Made by a program: the position numbers and the translations under genes
Assembly: GCA_026415655.1 (NCBI GenBank)
Contig: JAOAGR010000010.1
Span: forward strand, 1-61,179
DNA: 61,179 nucleotides
Origin: Candidatus Dojkabacteria bacterium
GTDB lineage: Bacteria > Patescibacteriota > Dojkabacteria > JAOAGR01
Direction of reading: 5' to 3'
In this document: positions 21,020 through 31,459 of the stretch, in pieces
Layout: every line of letters begins with the position of its first letter
Position numbering within the stretch: position 1 is the first letter of the stretch
Notes under the pieces: generated by a model
Seen by the model: only the letters and a program-made list of their open reading frames with translations
Database searches by the model: none
What the model was told of the DNA's origin: nothing

Positions 21020-22963
21020 TTAAACATTAAATATCAATAATTTCGGTGAAATTACTCTGTTTTTTATGTTTACACCAAAATTGGCAATATTTTTGTTCAT
21101 GTAATATATATTTATAAAATAAATACCTGGATTCAAGGATGAATAAGAATAAAATACTCCGTATTGATCAGATTTCGTCTTATTTATTATTTCATTCTTT
21201 TGGTTACGAATGACGATGTCAGCACCAGCTATAGGTGTACCGTCTAAAAGACATAAAACCCCATTTATTGTATTTGGTATATTGATTAAATTACTTTCCA
21301 TGGGTATGTTAATGGCCACTGGCAAAGTTTCAAAATCATACACTTGTAAATCTTTTATATATTGATTACGAAGAGCTGGAGTTATCTGATAACGTTGGTT
21401 TGTAGTTTGAGAAGTAGTTAAGTTATTTGTCGAAACAGAATGATTTTGATTTGCTTGTGAATTTGGTTGTACCTGTATATATACATTGTTATCAGAAATA
21501 GTTTGTGTCTGGACATTCTGTTGTACATTTTGAGATGTATTTAAAGTAGAAGAGTTATTCGATTGTATCCCAGGACTAACAAGGTTTATATTAGTCTCTT
21601 CATTTTTATATGAATTTTCTGTCTTTAGATATTCAGGCTGTGATGATTGATCTTGTACATTATTTGAGATGGCATTTGTTTGTTGAGAATTTTGGGTGTT
21701 TTGAGAAATATTGGAAGTTATATTGTTTTGATTAGCATTTTGTTCTTGAGAAATAACGATATCGACCAAGGTATCATCGCTTGTTTTCGGTTTCATTGCA
21801 TCAAATTTATGTTGTGCACTTAAAACGGTAGCACTACTAGCATTGTTTATTGATATATCTACTAATTTATCAAACATAGAATTGGTATGAACAGGTAAAT
21901 TGTTTTTGCCACTGGCAGGTTCATTCGAACTAAAATTTAGATTAGGCTTAATCGAAGAACTAGTACTTGACTCTATTTTAAACAAGGAAGGATCATATTC
22001 ACCATCAAATACATCAGAATTAATATTTTGTTTTTGTGCTTTTTCTTCGGCTTCCTTTCTTTTTCTCTCAAGATATTCTTCATGATCAGCAGGAAATATA
22101 TTTATCGGCACGGGGTCTACGGGATCATATTCTATCTCTAATTGATTAAACAGTTTGCTCCTCTGATACACTTCTATATGGTATTTTCCTTTGGGATATT
22201 CCAATTTCGTTTGAAAATCACCGCTACTACCAGTATTCATCTCCTCCAATTCAACATTATCTTTGATTAATAATACAACCGCGTCTTTTACTGGTCTTGC
22301 TTCGTTGTCTTCGACGGTACCAATAATATAGCTTTTGACTTCGACATCATTTTCATTTTGTTTGTTTTCCTTAGTTATATATTTTACTTTTGGCTTCTGT
22401 GCTAAATTTGGTTGAGATTGTGATGCTAAGTTGTTTAGATTTACATTATTAAAAATAGAACTTGAGTTAATATTTGATGAATTTTGTACAGTCATATTAT
22501 TAATATTTACTTGAGTTTGTAAAAACTGTTGCTCAGCTACATCAAGATTGGTTGGTTGGGCATTAGCGTTATTTTGTTGTTGGAGAAGAAATTCTTCATC
22601 TTTTCCCTCTAATGGATCATACCCATATTGAAAAATACGAGCCTTTTCTGCAGCTGATTTTAGATAAAAACCTTTTTTGTGCCATACACGCCGTTGGGGA
22701 GAAACCATAGCCTCCAGATAATTTGAGACGAATACCTCGAAGGGTTCGCCATTAAACGGCACAAATATAACAATAATAGCTATGATTCCAATTACAAGAG
22801 GAATATAAATATTATATGGTGATGGCAACAACAAAAATAGTCCAATACATATAAAACCGACTATTGCAGCGGTAATAAATTGCTTTACTGTAAAAAGGTC
22901 AAACAATTTAAGTTCTACTTGCATTATATTTTGAGGTACAGGCCTGACACCATAAGTTGCCAT
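21020..22963 (-). CDS. PrgI-family protein with low-complexity linker and two beta-sandwich (carboxypeptidase-regulatory-like) domains
   Basis: PVPQNIMQVELKLFDLFTVKQF N-terminus, 2 TM helices, Q/N/S-rich middle, G..PI.GA.I.I...T..D..G.F repeats. Confidence 0.6.
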   Translation of the reverse strand: MATYGVRPVPQNIMQVELKLFDLFTVKQFITAAIVGFICIGLFLLLPSPYNIYIPLVIGIIAIIVIFVPFNGEPFEVFVSNYLEAMVSPQRRVWHKKGFYLKSAAEKARIFQYGYDPLEGKDEEFLLQQQNNANAQPTNLDVAEQQFLQTQVNINNMTVQNSSNINSSSIFNNVNLNNLASQSQPNLAQKPKVKYITKENKQNENDVEVKSYIIGTVEDNEARPVKDAVVLLIKDNVELEEMNTGSSGDFQTKLEYPKGKYHIEVYQRSKLFNQLEIEYDPVDPVPINIFPADHEEYLERKRKEAEEKAQKQNINSDVFDGEYDPSLFKIESSTSSSIKPNLNFSSNEPASGKNNLPVHTNSMFDKLVDISINNASSATVLSAQHKFDAMKPKTSDDTLVDIVISQEQNANQNNITSNISQNTQNSQQTNAISNNVQDQSSQPEYLKTENSYKNEETNINLVSPGIQSNNSSTLNTSQNVQQNVQTQTISDNNVYIQVQPNSQANQNHSVSTNNLTTSQTTNQRYQITPALRNQYIKDLQVYDFETLPVAINIPMESNLINIPNTINGVLCLLDGTPIAGADIVIRNQKNEIINKTKSDQYGVFYSYSSLNPGIYFINIYYMNKNIANFGVNIKNRVISPKLLIFNV

Positions 22964-22984
22964 ATGTTAATTAGTGTAAAACTA

Positions 22985-23698
22985 TTAGTATTTTAATACA
23001 AGTTCTACAAAATCTTTATCACTTAATGTACTGTTGTGTAAATTAATATCTTTTTTTAAAGGAAAAAATAGATTTAAAATATAAGGATCAGAACATCTTG
23101 ATATACCTGCCGGTGTATATGTTTTGTTTACAAACTTGGAAACATAGAGTATTGGGTCCCAGTTACAATATATATTTATAATCCTTAATCTATCAGAATC
23201 AATTCTTGATTTTATATTTTCATCTTCGATTTGCCAGTCATTAGGAAAATCTCCTTGTACAAAATAGATATTTCTTACAGAATCGGATAAATTAAATTTT
23301 TTTAAATAATTAAATATCATAAAAGCTCCCATTGAATGTCCTACTAAAACTTCAGGTTGAAAATCCATTATCATATCATTTAATCTTTTCAGCACCTCAG
23401 TACTAATAGATTTTTCCTTCTCATAATTATAAATTTTTAATGCCGATTTAATATCGAAAATATTTTCTTTTTCTTCTAATACATCTTTTATATCAGCGTA
23501 CCAGACAAAAAGTTTTGCCCAACCTTCTTTGATTAGTTCTGTAAATGCAGGAAAACCTATATCAAACTTTCTCTTTTCTAATTTATCATACATTTTTAGA
23601 GCTTCAAGAATGCTAAAAAGTAGATCCATTCCAAAGCCATGAACTAGTAAAATTTTTTTCTTTCTATCCTTGTAGTTCATATTTTGTTTCATATTCAT
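22985..23698 (-). CDS. Alpha/beta hydrolase-fold protein
   Basis: LVHGFG oxyanion motif and GHSMG nucleophile elbow. Confidence 0.65.
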   Translation of the reverse strand: MNMKQNMNYKDRKKKILLVHGFGMDLLFSILEALKMYDKLEKRKFDIGFPAFTELIKEGWAKLFVWYADIKDVLEEKENIFDIKSALKIYNYEKEKSISTEVLKRLNDMIMDFQPEVLVGHSMGAFMIFNYLKKFNLSDSVRNIYFVQGDFPNDWQIEDENIKSRIDSDRLRIINIYCNWDPILYVSKFVNKTYTPAGISRCSDPYILNLFFPLKKDINLHNSTLSDKDFVELVLKY

Positions 23699-24767
23699 TT
23701 AATATTTGTTTTATTTCATCTAGCGAATTTACACGCACAAGTAAACTTCTTAATTCTTTTGCATGGGGTAGTCCAGAAAAATACCAACCTAGATGCTTTC
23801 GCATCTGTATAATGCCATGTTCACCTTTGTATTTAAAACATAATTCTGCATGTTTAATCGCATAATTTTTTAATTCTTTAAAACCATATTTGTATTCACC
23901 TAATTCTTCTTCTATTTCAGTCCAAGGTATTGATTCGTAAGGTGTATCGATGTATTTCCGTACAAAATCTTTTAATTTATCAATAGATTTTTTGCTAAAA
24001 ACTTTCGGATTACCAAAACTACCACGCCCTATCATAACTCCATCAACTTTGTATTTTATAAATTTTTCAAACGCTTGATAAAGAGTTTTTACATCACCAG
24101 AACCAAATATTTTTACTCTGTCAAAACTAAACTTATATGAGTCTCTAACTAATTTAACAAATTCACCTATTCTATCCCAATTCGCAAATCCAGTATACAT
24201 CTGTTTTAATGTACGACCATGAATAGCAATTGCTTTTGCACCTGCTTCTATCATCTTTATTCCATGAGTAAACACATCTGTATCATTTACTACACCGAGC
24301 CTCATCTTGCAACTAACCTCAATTTCTTGATTAGTATTGGGTTCAATCTGTCTTAATTCGTCATTTGCAGCTTTTATGGTGCTTTGAACTATTCTATAAG
24401 CTTTTTCAGTATCATTCATAAGAGCACATCCACCACCTTTATCCACTACATTATGAGCCGGACAACCCATATTTATGTCGATAGCACGATATCCCATCCG
24501 CACAACGATACGAGTAGCTTCATAGAAGTCATCTGGTTCACTGCCAAATAATTGGACTATTGTTTGACAATTTGATGTAAATTCCAAATCTTTTAACGCT
24601 TTTGGATTTTGATAAATAATACTTTTTACATTTACGAACTCAGTATATGTCAATGGCAATCCACCTTCGTTAGCTATTACCTCTCTAAACGCCCTATCTG
24701 TAATGCCATCCATCGGTGGACACAGAACCAATGGATAGTCAAGATTATTCCAGGAAAAAATATTCAT
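23664..24767 (-). CDS. dusB: tRNA-dihydrouridine synthase
   Basis: PMDGITD, IDINMGCP, IHGRT, VMIGRG, MRKHLGWY. Confidence 0.9.
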   Translation of the reverse strand: MNIFSWNNLDYPLVLCPPMDGITDRAFREVIANEGGLPLTYTEFVNVKSIIYQNPKALKDLEFTSNCQTIVQLFGSEPDDFYEATRIVVRMGYRAIDINMGCPAHNVVDKGGGCALMNDTEKAYRIVQSTIKAANDELRQIEPNTNQEIEVSCKMRLGVVNDTDVFTHGIKMIEAGAKAIAIHGRTLKQMYTGFANWDRIGEFVKLVRDSYKFSFDRVKIFGSGDVKTLYQAFEKFIKYKVDGVMIGRGSFGNPKVFSKKSIDKLKDFVRKYIDTPYESIPWTEIEEELGEYKYGFKELKNYAIKHAELCFKYKGEHGIIQMRKHLGWYFSGLPHAKELRSLLVRVNSLDEIKQILNEYETKYELQG

Positions 24768-24770
24768 TTT

Positions 24771-25454
24771 TTATTCTCTTAAAAAGGAAGGATCTATCCT
24801 TGGTATAAAAACAGGATCCCAGGATTTCTTTTTCTTGGATTCTACAATTTCATCAACAATTCCATATTCTAATGCCTCTTTTGCATTTAACCAGTAATCT
24901 CTTTCTATGTGTTTACGTATTAGTTCTTCTTTTTGACCAGTAAACTGCTGTAAATACTTAAGCATTAATTCTTTTGTCCTAAGTCCCTGTAAAGCAGTAA
25001 TTTCTATATCGGAAATTTGACCCTGCACTCCCGTAAGTGGCTGATGTATCATAACTTCTACATTTGGAGTGGCAAATCTCTTCCCCTTAGTGCCTGCAGC
25101 TAGTAAAAAAGCCCCCATAGATGCACACATGCCTATACCAACTGTTACAACATCACAGGAAACTGATTGCATAGCGTCAAATATAGCTAATCCCTCTGTT
25201 ACACTACCACCAGGACTATTTATGTAAAGGTAGATATCTTTTTTAGGATCTTCCTTTTCCAAAAACAATATTTGTGCAACAATTAGCCCACCAAGACCTG
25301 AATGAATCGGACCATTTATAATCACTATACGATCCTTTAATAATCTCGAGTAAATATCATAGGCACGTTCACCACGATTAGTGTTTTCTATGACAGTTGG
25401 TACTAAATAACCCAAATTTATGTCTTTTTTCAAATTTTTCTTTTTCATAATCAT
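24771..25454 (-). CDS. clpP: ATP-dependent Clp protease proteolytic subunit
   Basis: [34 protein letters not shown]. Confidence 0.97.
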   Translation of the reverse strand: MIMKKKNLKKDINLGYLVPTVIENTNRGERAYDIYSRLLKDRIVIINGPIHSGLGGLIVAQILFLEKEDPKKDIYLYINSPGGSVTEGLAIFDAMQSVSCDVVTVGIGMCASMGAFLLAAGTKGKRFATPNVEVMIHQPLTGVQGQISDIEITALQGLRTKELMLKYLQQFTGQKEELIRKHIERDYWLNAKEALEYGIVDEIVESKKKKSWDPVFIPRIDPSFLRE

Positions 25455-25558
25455 TGATATTTTAGTACGAATTTATAAAAAGTGCTAGCAGATAATTGTA
25501 TCATTTGCTAAGTTTTGTAAAATGGCGATTAAGGTAATTAAATAGTAAAATACATTTT

Positions 25559-27325
25559 ATGATAATAAAACAACTGACCAACCTAGAATTAAAAAATCAT
25601 ATTCTATTTAAAATTAAAAATCTTTTAATAGAATATATCAACATAAATTCAGATACAAATCAAAATCTTGATGAAAATGAAATAAATGTTTATTTCAATC
25701 AAGAAAAAAACAAAAAAACTGATATTAGTACCACGATATCATTCAAACTGGCTAAAATATTTAAAAAATCACCAATATTAATAGCTCAAGAAATTGCTCT
25801 GTTTTTTCAAAATCATGGTTTCGATGCATCAGCAGAAAATGGCTATGTAAATATAAATTTGGACATTAGTAATGTTTATGATGAGTTAATGAATCTTGAA
25901 AATAATCTTTCTTCCACAAAACCAATGTTTGATCTTGGAAAAAACAAAAAAGTATTTGTGGAATTTTGCTCCCCTAATGCATTTAAATCTCTGACAGTTG
26001 GACATCTTAGAAATACTATAACAGGGCATGCTATTGCAAGAATGATAGAAAATCTCGGGTTTGATGTCGTTAGGATGAATTATTATTCTGATATGGGTTT
26101 ACATATTGCAAAAACTATATGGGCTTTAAAACAAGAAAATATTGATGTTGAGTCAGAAGAAATTACACGCTTAGACGAAAAGGAGAAAATGAAGCTTATT
26201 TTAGGTTTATATGTCAAAGGCAACGATGCTTATGGCAAAAATGAAAATATTAAAAAAGAGATTGATGAATTGAACTATATAATATACAAAAAAACTGATC
26301 AAAAAGTTAATAAAATTTTTGATATTTTATTATCTTGGAGTCTTGATCATATTTTAAATTTTCTTAAATTTTTGAATATTGATGAATTTGATAAACACTA
26401 TAGCGAGTCAGAAGCAGCAAACCATGCAAATGAACTTATTTCTAAGTTTATCGGAGACATATTCATAGAAGATCAAGGTTCGATCATTTATCGAGATTCA
26501 AATGGAATAACACAAGTTTACATAAATTCACGTGGTATACCTACTTATGGCGCCAAAGATTTTAGTCTCGCAAAAATAAAAATTAATGATTTTGGTTTAC
26601 CAGAATTTTCAATAGTATTGACATCGGTTGAACAAAATGACTACTTCAAAAATCTCATAGAAGCCATTAACAAAGCTTTCGAAGAATTGAATGGTAGATA
26701 CTACCATATAGGATACGGTTGGGTACTAGGTCCTGATGGTAAAAAGACAAGCACAAGACTTGGTAATGCAAAAGGAGCCTATGATCTCATCAGTGAAGCC
26801 ATTGAAGAGGCAAAAAATAAAATCGCAGAATCCAAGACCTATACACAGCAAGAAATTGATCAAATAAGTTACATAGTAGGTATAGCCGGTCTTAAATTTT
26901 TCTTTTTATCTCATGAATTACAAAACAATTTAATTTTTAATCCAAAAGTTTTTTTGTCTTTTGATGGATTTTCTGGGCCCTATATACTTTACAGTTTTGT
27001 TAGAGCAAGAAATATAATCTCAAATGCAGAAAAAATATCAAAACATATTGATACTGAAAAATTTACAGAAAGTGAAATAGAATTATTAAAGAAACTTTAT
27101 CAATTCACAAATATAGTTTTTGAAGCTACAGTAAACATAGAACCACATCATATAGCAAGATATCTTTATGATATTGCTGTACTTTTTAATGAATTTTATA
27201 AAAATAATCGAGTTATCGATGAAGATAAAGTTTATATAAAACGCCTAAATATAGTCAGAATGTATTCTAAAATACTAGAAAAGGGATTATATCTTCTTGG
27301 TATCGATACTATAGATAAAATGTAA
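25559..27325 (+). CDS. argS: Arginine--tRNA ligase
   Basis: SPNAFKSLTVGHLRN (HIGH-like), GFSGPYILY, anticodon-binding domain. Confidence 0.92.
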   Translation: MIIKQLTNLELKNHILFKIKNLLIEYININSDTNQNLDENEINVYFNQEKNKKTDISTTISFKLAKIFKKSPILIAQEIALFFQNHGFDASAENGYVNINLDISNVYDELMNLENNLSSTKPMFDLGKNKKVFVEFCSPNAFKSLTVGHLRNTITGHAIARMIENLGFDVVRMNYYSDMGLHIAKTIWALKQENIDVESEEITRLDEKEKMKLILGLYVKGNDAYGKNENIKKEIDELNYIIYKKTDQKVNKIFDILLSWSLDHILNFLKFLNIDEFDKHYSESEAANHANELISKFIGDIFIEDQGSIIYRDSNGITQVYINSRGIPTYGAKDFSLAKIKINDFGLPEFSIVLTSVEQNDYFKNLIEAINKAFEELNGRYYHIGYGWVLGPDGKKTSTRLGNAKGAYDLISEAIEEAKNKIAESKTYTQQEIDQISYIVGIAGLKFFFLSHELQNNLIFNPKVFLSFDGFSGPYILYSFVRARNIISNAEKISKHIDTEKFTESEIELLKKLYQFTNIVFEATVNIEPHHIARYLYDIAVLFNEFYKNNRVIDEDKVYIKRLNIVRMYSKILEKGLYLLGIDTIDKM

Positions 27326-27328
27326 AAA

Positions 27329-28657
27329 TTATTCTTCATTTTTATACCCTGTAACACGGATACAAATTCCCATTGCAGACATCAAAGAAACTATAGAACT
27401 ACCACCAAGTGAAATAAATGGAAGTGTCTGACCTGTCATCGGTGTTAATCCAAGATTTGACCCTATATGCAAAAATGTTTGTACTACAATCCAAACTGAT
27501 GTACCCACTAATATAATTTTATATTCTTGATTTCCAATTCGGTTTGCAGCATCTACCATTCTCCAAGCAATAAAAAATAGCAATCCTAAAACTATAGAAA
27601 CAACTAAAAATCCGTGTTCTTCTGCCATAATACAAAATACACTATCATCGCTAGATGATGTTTTGGGCAGAAAGTATTTTCCAATGGATTTTCCAGCACC
27701 TACTCCAAAAAGTCCCCCACTCCCACATGTAATCAATGTATTGTGAAAATGATAAGAACAATCAGGATTATTGGGACAGTCCAAAAAACGACTATTTCCT
27801 GTAGTAATATATTCATACCAAACGGCGATACGATCCATACGATACGCAAACAAATTTATAAACAAAATACTTCCCAAAAAACCTAGAAACAAAAAAATAA
27901 TAATAACCAAAATTTTCCATCTATTTAGTGATGAAACAAAATATACAGAAAGAAGAATCGAAAATAACACTAATGACGTCCCAAGATTTGTATTACCTAC
28001 CAAAACAAGTATAATAGATAGAATTGATATTGTTAGAATCTTAAATTCTCTAGACTTTAGATAATCCATTAATGAAGGGTATTTTTCAATTTTACTAAAT
28101 GTCTTGGCACTCAATAAGATTAAAAATAATTTAAGAAAATCAGAAGGTTGAAATTGGACGCCAAATATTTCTATCCACCTTGCTGCGCCATCCACTGACT
28201 CTACAACACCAAATAATGCCAATGTTGAAAGAAAAATAAGTATTCCCGAAACAGTCAAGAATCCAAAAATGCTGAATTTTATTAATAAATCAGTACGAAT
28301 AAAATAAAAAAAGCAAAAGAAAACAATACCTACAATAATTTTTTCTATATGATTGAAAAAAAACCAAAATCTATCCGAAGTATAAAAAGAAGCTGATACT
28401 ACTGATGCGCTAAAAATGACAAGTATACCTATAATCAAAATAAAGACAAACGAAATAAACAGTACAATATCTCCTGAGAAATTAAAATTGAATAATAATC
28501 CTAAATTAATAGAATTTTTTTTCTCATTGGTTTTCTTTTTAAGGCTAATTTTATTATTTTTCTGTTTTTTTGTACTAAATATCTGTGCAAATTTATAACT
28601 AAAACGGCTGTTTTTTGTTTTTTTAGATCTATTATTTTTTTTCGACCATAAAAACAT
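27329..28657 (-). CDS. ftsW: FtsW/RodA SEDS-family peptidoglycan glycosyltransferase
   Basis: GAARWI, FQPSDFLK, GSGGLFGVG, GQTLPFISLGGSS. Confidence 0.85.
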   Translation of the reverse strand: MFLWSKKNNRSKKTKNSRFSYKFAQIFSTKKQKNNKISLKKKTNEKKNSINLGLLFNFNFSGDIVLFISFVFILIIGILVIFSASVVSASFYTSDRFWFFFNHIEKIIVGIVFFCFFYFIRTDLLIKFSIFGFLTVSGILIFLSTLALFGVVESVDGAARWIEIFGVQFQPSDFLKLFLILLSAKTFSKIEKYPSLMDYLKSREFKILTISILSIILVLVGNTNLGTSLVLFSILLSVYFVSSLNRWKILVIIIFLFLGFLGSILFINLFAYRMDRIAVWYEYITTGNSRFLDCPNNPDCSYHFHNTLITCGSGGLFGVGAGKSIGKYFLPKTSSSDDSVFCIMAEEHGFLVVSIVLGLLFFIAWRMVDAANRIGNQEYKIILVGTSVWIVVQTFLHIGSNLGLTPMTGQTLPFISLGGSSIVSLMSAMGICIRVTGYKNEE

Positions 28658-28659
28658 CT

Positions 28660-30237
28660 CTAATCGATAACTGAGTGCAGTAAATTACGGCTATTTTGCA
28701 TGGGTGTAGGTATTGGTAGTCCCATTACATTTAGAATAGTCGGTGCGATATCACAGAGTGCCCCCATAGGTAACTCTATCGGTTTAGCACCGGGTCCCAC
28801 ATATATGAAAGGCACAGGATTAGTAGTATGTTCTGTGTGAGGTTTACCGGTAGATGGATCTATCATAACCTCAATATTTCCATGATCAGCAGTAACAAAG
28901 ACGGCACCACCAACAGCCAAAGTATTTACTATAATACGATCAAGATTATAATCAGCAGCTTCTGCTGCTTTTACGGCAGCATTAAACACACCGGTGTGAG
29001 CCACCATATCAGTCGCGGCGATATTTACCACAATAAAATCATAAATATTAAGTCTGATTTTTTGTACCAATACCTCCGTCAGCTCATAAGTACTCATCTG
29101 AGGCTTCAGGTCATAAGTTGCGACTTTGGGTGATGGAACAAGAACTCTATCTTCCCGTTCAAATACAATCTCTCTACCCCCATTAAAAAAGAAAGTAACA
29201 TGAGCAAACTTCTCTGTCTCCGCTATACGAAGTTGTCTAAGTCCGCTTTCAGAAATTACTCTACCTATTGGCACTGTTACATTTTCCGGATCAAAAACAA
29301 GATGCATATAAGGTGTCAAATTTTTATCATATTGGGTCATACCAATAAAGAAGATATTATTACGTCGATTACAGTCTATCTTATTAAAATCTGGCTCAAT
29401 AAACATTTTTGTCAACTGCTGAGCTCGATCTGCACGATAATTTACAAAAAATACCACATCACTGTCTTTTATTGTATCCACACCACCTTGAGCATTTAAT
29501 ATCAAAGAGGGTTCTATAAATTCATCTGTTATGCCACGTGAATAGGAAGTTTTTACAACCTCTTCAATACTTTTAAATTTTTCGCCAACACCTTCGACTA
29601 TAAGATCATAGGCTTTTTTTGTTCTATCCCATTTGTTATTTCTATCCATTGAAAAATATCGACCAATGATAGATGAAATCCTTCCAATACCAAGCTTTTT
29701 GCATTCAGCCTCAAGCATGGACAAAAAATTTAGCGAAGAATCTGGTGGCGTATCCCTACCGTCAGTAAATGCATGGATAAATACCCTTTTACCATCGAAT
29801 CCATGTTTTTTTAATGTATAAAGTGTTGCAAAGTAATGTTCTAAGGCCGCATGTACATTTCCTGTTGATACGCATCCCATTATATGGAAATTGGAGTTAT
29901 ACGTATTGCAATGTTTTATTCCATTAATAAGAGTTTCATTATCAAAAAAACTGCCATTGTTTATGGCAGAATTGATACGAGGCAAAGTTTGATAAACTAT
30001 TTTTCCTGCACCAATATTAGTATGTCCAACTTCACTATTTCCAACTACTCCATGCGGCAGTCCAACAGCTGATCCCGATGCGTGTAACAAGGTATGAGGG
30101 AAGGTTTTTATAAGACGGCTAAAAGCTGGCATATTGGCTGCAGTAACAGCATTACCTGGATATGGCGGCGCTATTCCAAAACCATCAAGTATTACTAAAA
30201 CAACAGGTTTAGGTCGTTTCTTGATTTTTGGTGTCAT
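28660..30237 (-). CDS. gpmI: 2,3-bisphosphoglycerate-independent phosphoglycerate mutase
   Basis: VILDGFG, GNSEVGH, DGRDT, ETEKFAHVTFF, TADHGN. Confidence 0.97.
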   Translation of the reverse strand: MTPKIKKRPKPVVLVILDGFGIAPPYPGNAVTAANMPAFSRLIKTFPHTLLHASGSAVGLPHGVVGNSEVGHTNIGAGKIVYQTLPRINSAINNGSFFDNETLINGIKHCNTYNSNFHIMGCVSTGNVHAALEHYFATLYTLKKHGFDGKRVFIHAFTDGRDTPPDSSLNFLSMLEAECKKLGIGRISSIIGRYFSMDRNNKWDRTKKAYDLIVEGVGEKFKSIEEVVKTSYSRGITDEFIEPSLILNAQGGVDTIKDSDVVFFVNYRADRAQQLTKMFIEPDFNKIDCNRRNNIFFIGMTQYDKNLTPYMHLVFDPENVTVPIGRVISESGLRQLRIAETEKFAHVTFFFNGGREIVFEREDRVLVPSPKVATYDLKPQMSTYELTEVLVQKIRLNIYDFIVVNIAATDMVAHTGVFNAAVKAAEAADYNLDRIIVNTLAVGGAVFVTADHGNIEVMIDPSTGKPHTEHTTNPVPFIYVGPGAKPIELPMGALCDIAPTILNVMGLPIPTPMQNSRNLLHSVID

Positions 30238-30350
30238 ATATCAAATATTTAGTCTAATCAATATAACAAAAAGTAAATTGATTATCTATGATGAATTGAG
30301 AAAATTATTTAAATTTGCAACTTTGTTAAAAAGGTATCGACTTTGTATTT

Positions 30351-31079
30351 TTACCTTCTTAAACTTTCCACCAACTCTATCGGCAAAGTGAAGATAATTG
30401 TCTTTGCAGGATCAGAACTTATCTGTTCTAGTGCATTCAATGTACGTATAGTAATGCCACCTGGTACTGAGTTAATTATTCTAGCTGCTTCTGCAATACG
30501 TTGTGCCGCTATAAGTTCTCCCTCAGATTTTACCACGATAGCTTTACTTTCCCTTGCTGCCTCAGCTTCTCGAGCCATTGCGGTCTTAATAGCAGCATCT
30601 ATCTCGATGTCCTGTAATTTCAGCTCTTCAATCCTTACACCCCAAGGATCAGTAATCTGTTCAACGATTTCCTTAATCTTATCAGCGATACTATCCCTCT
30701 GACTAAGTAATACATCAAGAGTAATGTTACCGATAATATCTCTAAGCGTAGCTTGAGCATAATTATTTACAGCCAATGCAATATTTTGTACTTGCAAGTA
30801 TGCTTTTTCTGGTGATATAACACGATAATATAAAACTGCATTTATCCTGACAGAGACGTTGTCAGAAGTAATAACCTCCTGACGTGGTACATCAGATGTA
30901 ATCGTACGCATATCGACTTTTATAACACTTTGAACATAAGGAATAATCCAATTCAATCCTGGTCTTTTTTGACCTGAATATTTACCAAATGTAAAAAGGA
31001 GTCCAAGCTCATATTGATTTATGATTATGAATCCTTTGAAGAATAAAATTACCAATATAACAAAAAAATAAATAAACAA
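30351..31079 (-). CDS. SPFH/Band 7 (stomatin-like) protein; true ATG probably 31096, one base out of frame
   Basis: PGLNWIIP, DVPRQEVITSDNV, AREAEAARE. Confidence 0.9.
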   Translation of the reverse strand: MFIYFFVILVILFFKGFIIINQYELGLLFTFGKYSGQKRPGLNWIIPYVQSVIKVDMRTITSDVPRQEVITSDNVSVRINAVLYYRVISPEKAYLQVQNIALAVNNYAQATLRDIIGNITLDVLLSQRDSIADKIKEIVEQITDPWGVRIEELKLQDIEIDAAIKTAMAREAEAARESKAIVVKSEGELIAAQRIAEAARIINSVPGGITIRTLNALEQISSDPAKTIIFTLPIELVESLRR

Positions 31080-31319
31080 AAAAATATTAGTTCCATGATC
31101 TATAATCTTATCTAATTTTATGATTTTGTCAATTTCATAATCATTTTTGCATTATTCGAAATTTATATCTCAAAATTTATTAATCTTTTTATATTAATTG
31201 ACTCAAAACCAAGCAAAATATACGTTTATTAAATCTTACAATGTGGTGTGGCTCGAATCTTAAGTCACTCTAATCTTGAATAAAACATGTATAAATTTTA
31301 TGTTAAAATTTTATTGAGA

Positions 31320-31396
31320 CGGGGAGTAGTTCAGTTGGCTAGAACGCATGATTCGGGTTCATGAGGTCGGAGGTTCAAGTCCTCTCTCCCCGACCA
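31320..31396 (+). tRNA. tRNA-Pro(CGG)
   Basis: CGGGGAG/CTCCCCG acceptor stem, CATGA-TTCGGGT-TCATG anticodon arm, GGTTCAAGTCC, CCA end. Confidence 0.95.
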
Positions 31397-31459
31397 AAAA
31401 ATTAAGTTTTTAACGGAAATATATATTTTTGGTTAATCATGTAATAGATTAAGCAATAT

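Noticed and set aside
31320-31396. tRNA-Pro (and tRNA-Ser at 9018-9103) as integration sites
   Set aside because: I found no duplicated tRNA 3' end, integrase or phage genes in the window.
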